Shown piece by piece: positions 62,432 to 62,525 of a stretch of 62,525 nt of DNA; the first letter of the stretch is position 1, and the number at the start of each line of letters is the position of its first letter. A program made the position numbers and the translations under genes. The notes under the pieces are model-generated. The model did no database searches, had not been told where the DNA came from, and worked only from the letters and a program-made list of their open reading frames with translations. The DNA comes from Candidatus Kerfeldbacteria bacterium (GTDB lineage: Bacteria > Patescibacteriota > Patescibacteriia > UBA9570 > XYC2-FULL-38-9): assembly GCA_016182555.1 (NCBI GenBank), contig JACPGJ010000005.1:1-62525 (forward strand), in the 5' to 3' direction.

Positions 62432-62525
62432 CTATAGTTTTGAGTTGTTGAAGCGGGAGATGTTGAGTGCCAAGGAAATCACCAGCATGCCAGAATCTAA
62501 TTTGGGCAATATTTTTTTCAAGGAT

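Overview
This 62.5-kb segment is a compact bacterial chromosome, mostly coding, with about 75 protein genes, 7 tRNAs and no rRNA or CRISPR array. The gene content suggests a small-genome Patescibacteria/CPR-like organism: an orphan pilT, korAB, several TrmB-like regulators, AbiE modules, and no large biosynthetic operons. This taxonomic guess is inference only. Housekeeping blocks are korAB-SDR-HAD-ferredoxin, hup-ymdB-rny, clpP-nrnA-rbfA-infB, trxA-trxB-gdh, rnhB-yraN, nusA-ppa-tig and nfo-IMPase. They alternate with accessory patches. The main candidates for something undescribed are these. (1) A three-gene module (TrmB-like regulator + AbiEi + AbiEii) occurs twice, at 25989-28171 and 36983-39044. 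The second copy sits with an orphan GC-rich radical SAM gene in a ~3.9-kb insertion bounded by a diverged duplicate of the yraN 3' end (35188-35298 vs 39068-39178). (2) A perfect palindrome with core GTTCCACGTGGAAC occurs four times in 1.4 kb next to a tRNA cluster. It separates single-gene units, including an unannotated 55-codon Cys/His-rich metallothionein-like ORF. (3) A third TrmB-like gene lies beside a two-gene operon of unknowns, two tandem AAA_14/DUF4143-type ATPases and a DUF4325 (STAS-like) gene. An identical 16-mer (GCTATTTTTTAGCTAA) links this locus to the radical SAM/AbiE island. (4) Two paralogous class II Fic genes 20 kb apart share a TTGGATAT/ATATCCAA operator layout, and one of them is sandwiched between an intact and a decayed SET-domain gene. 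The window also contains an IS110-family transposase with structured non-coding flanks, a 139-bp MITE-like element, an XRE regulator with two TGTAAA-N6-TTTACA operators, and four apparent frameshifts that all fall at homopolymer runs and so may be assembly errors. All family calls come from motifs I read in the translations; no database search was run.
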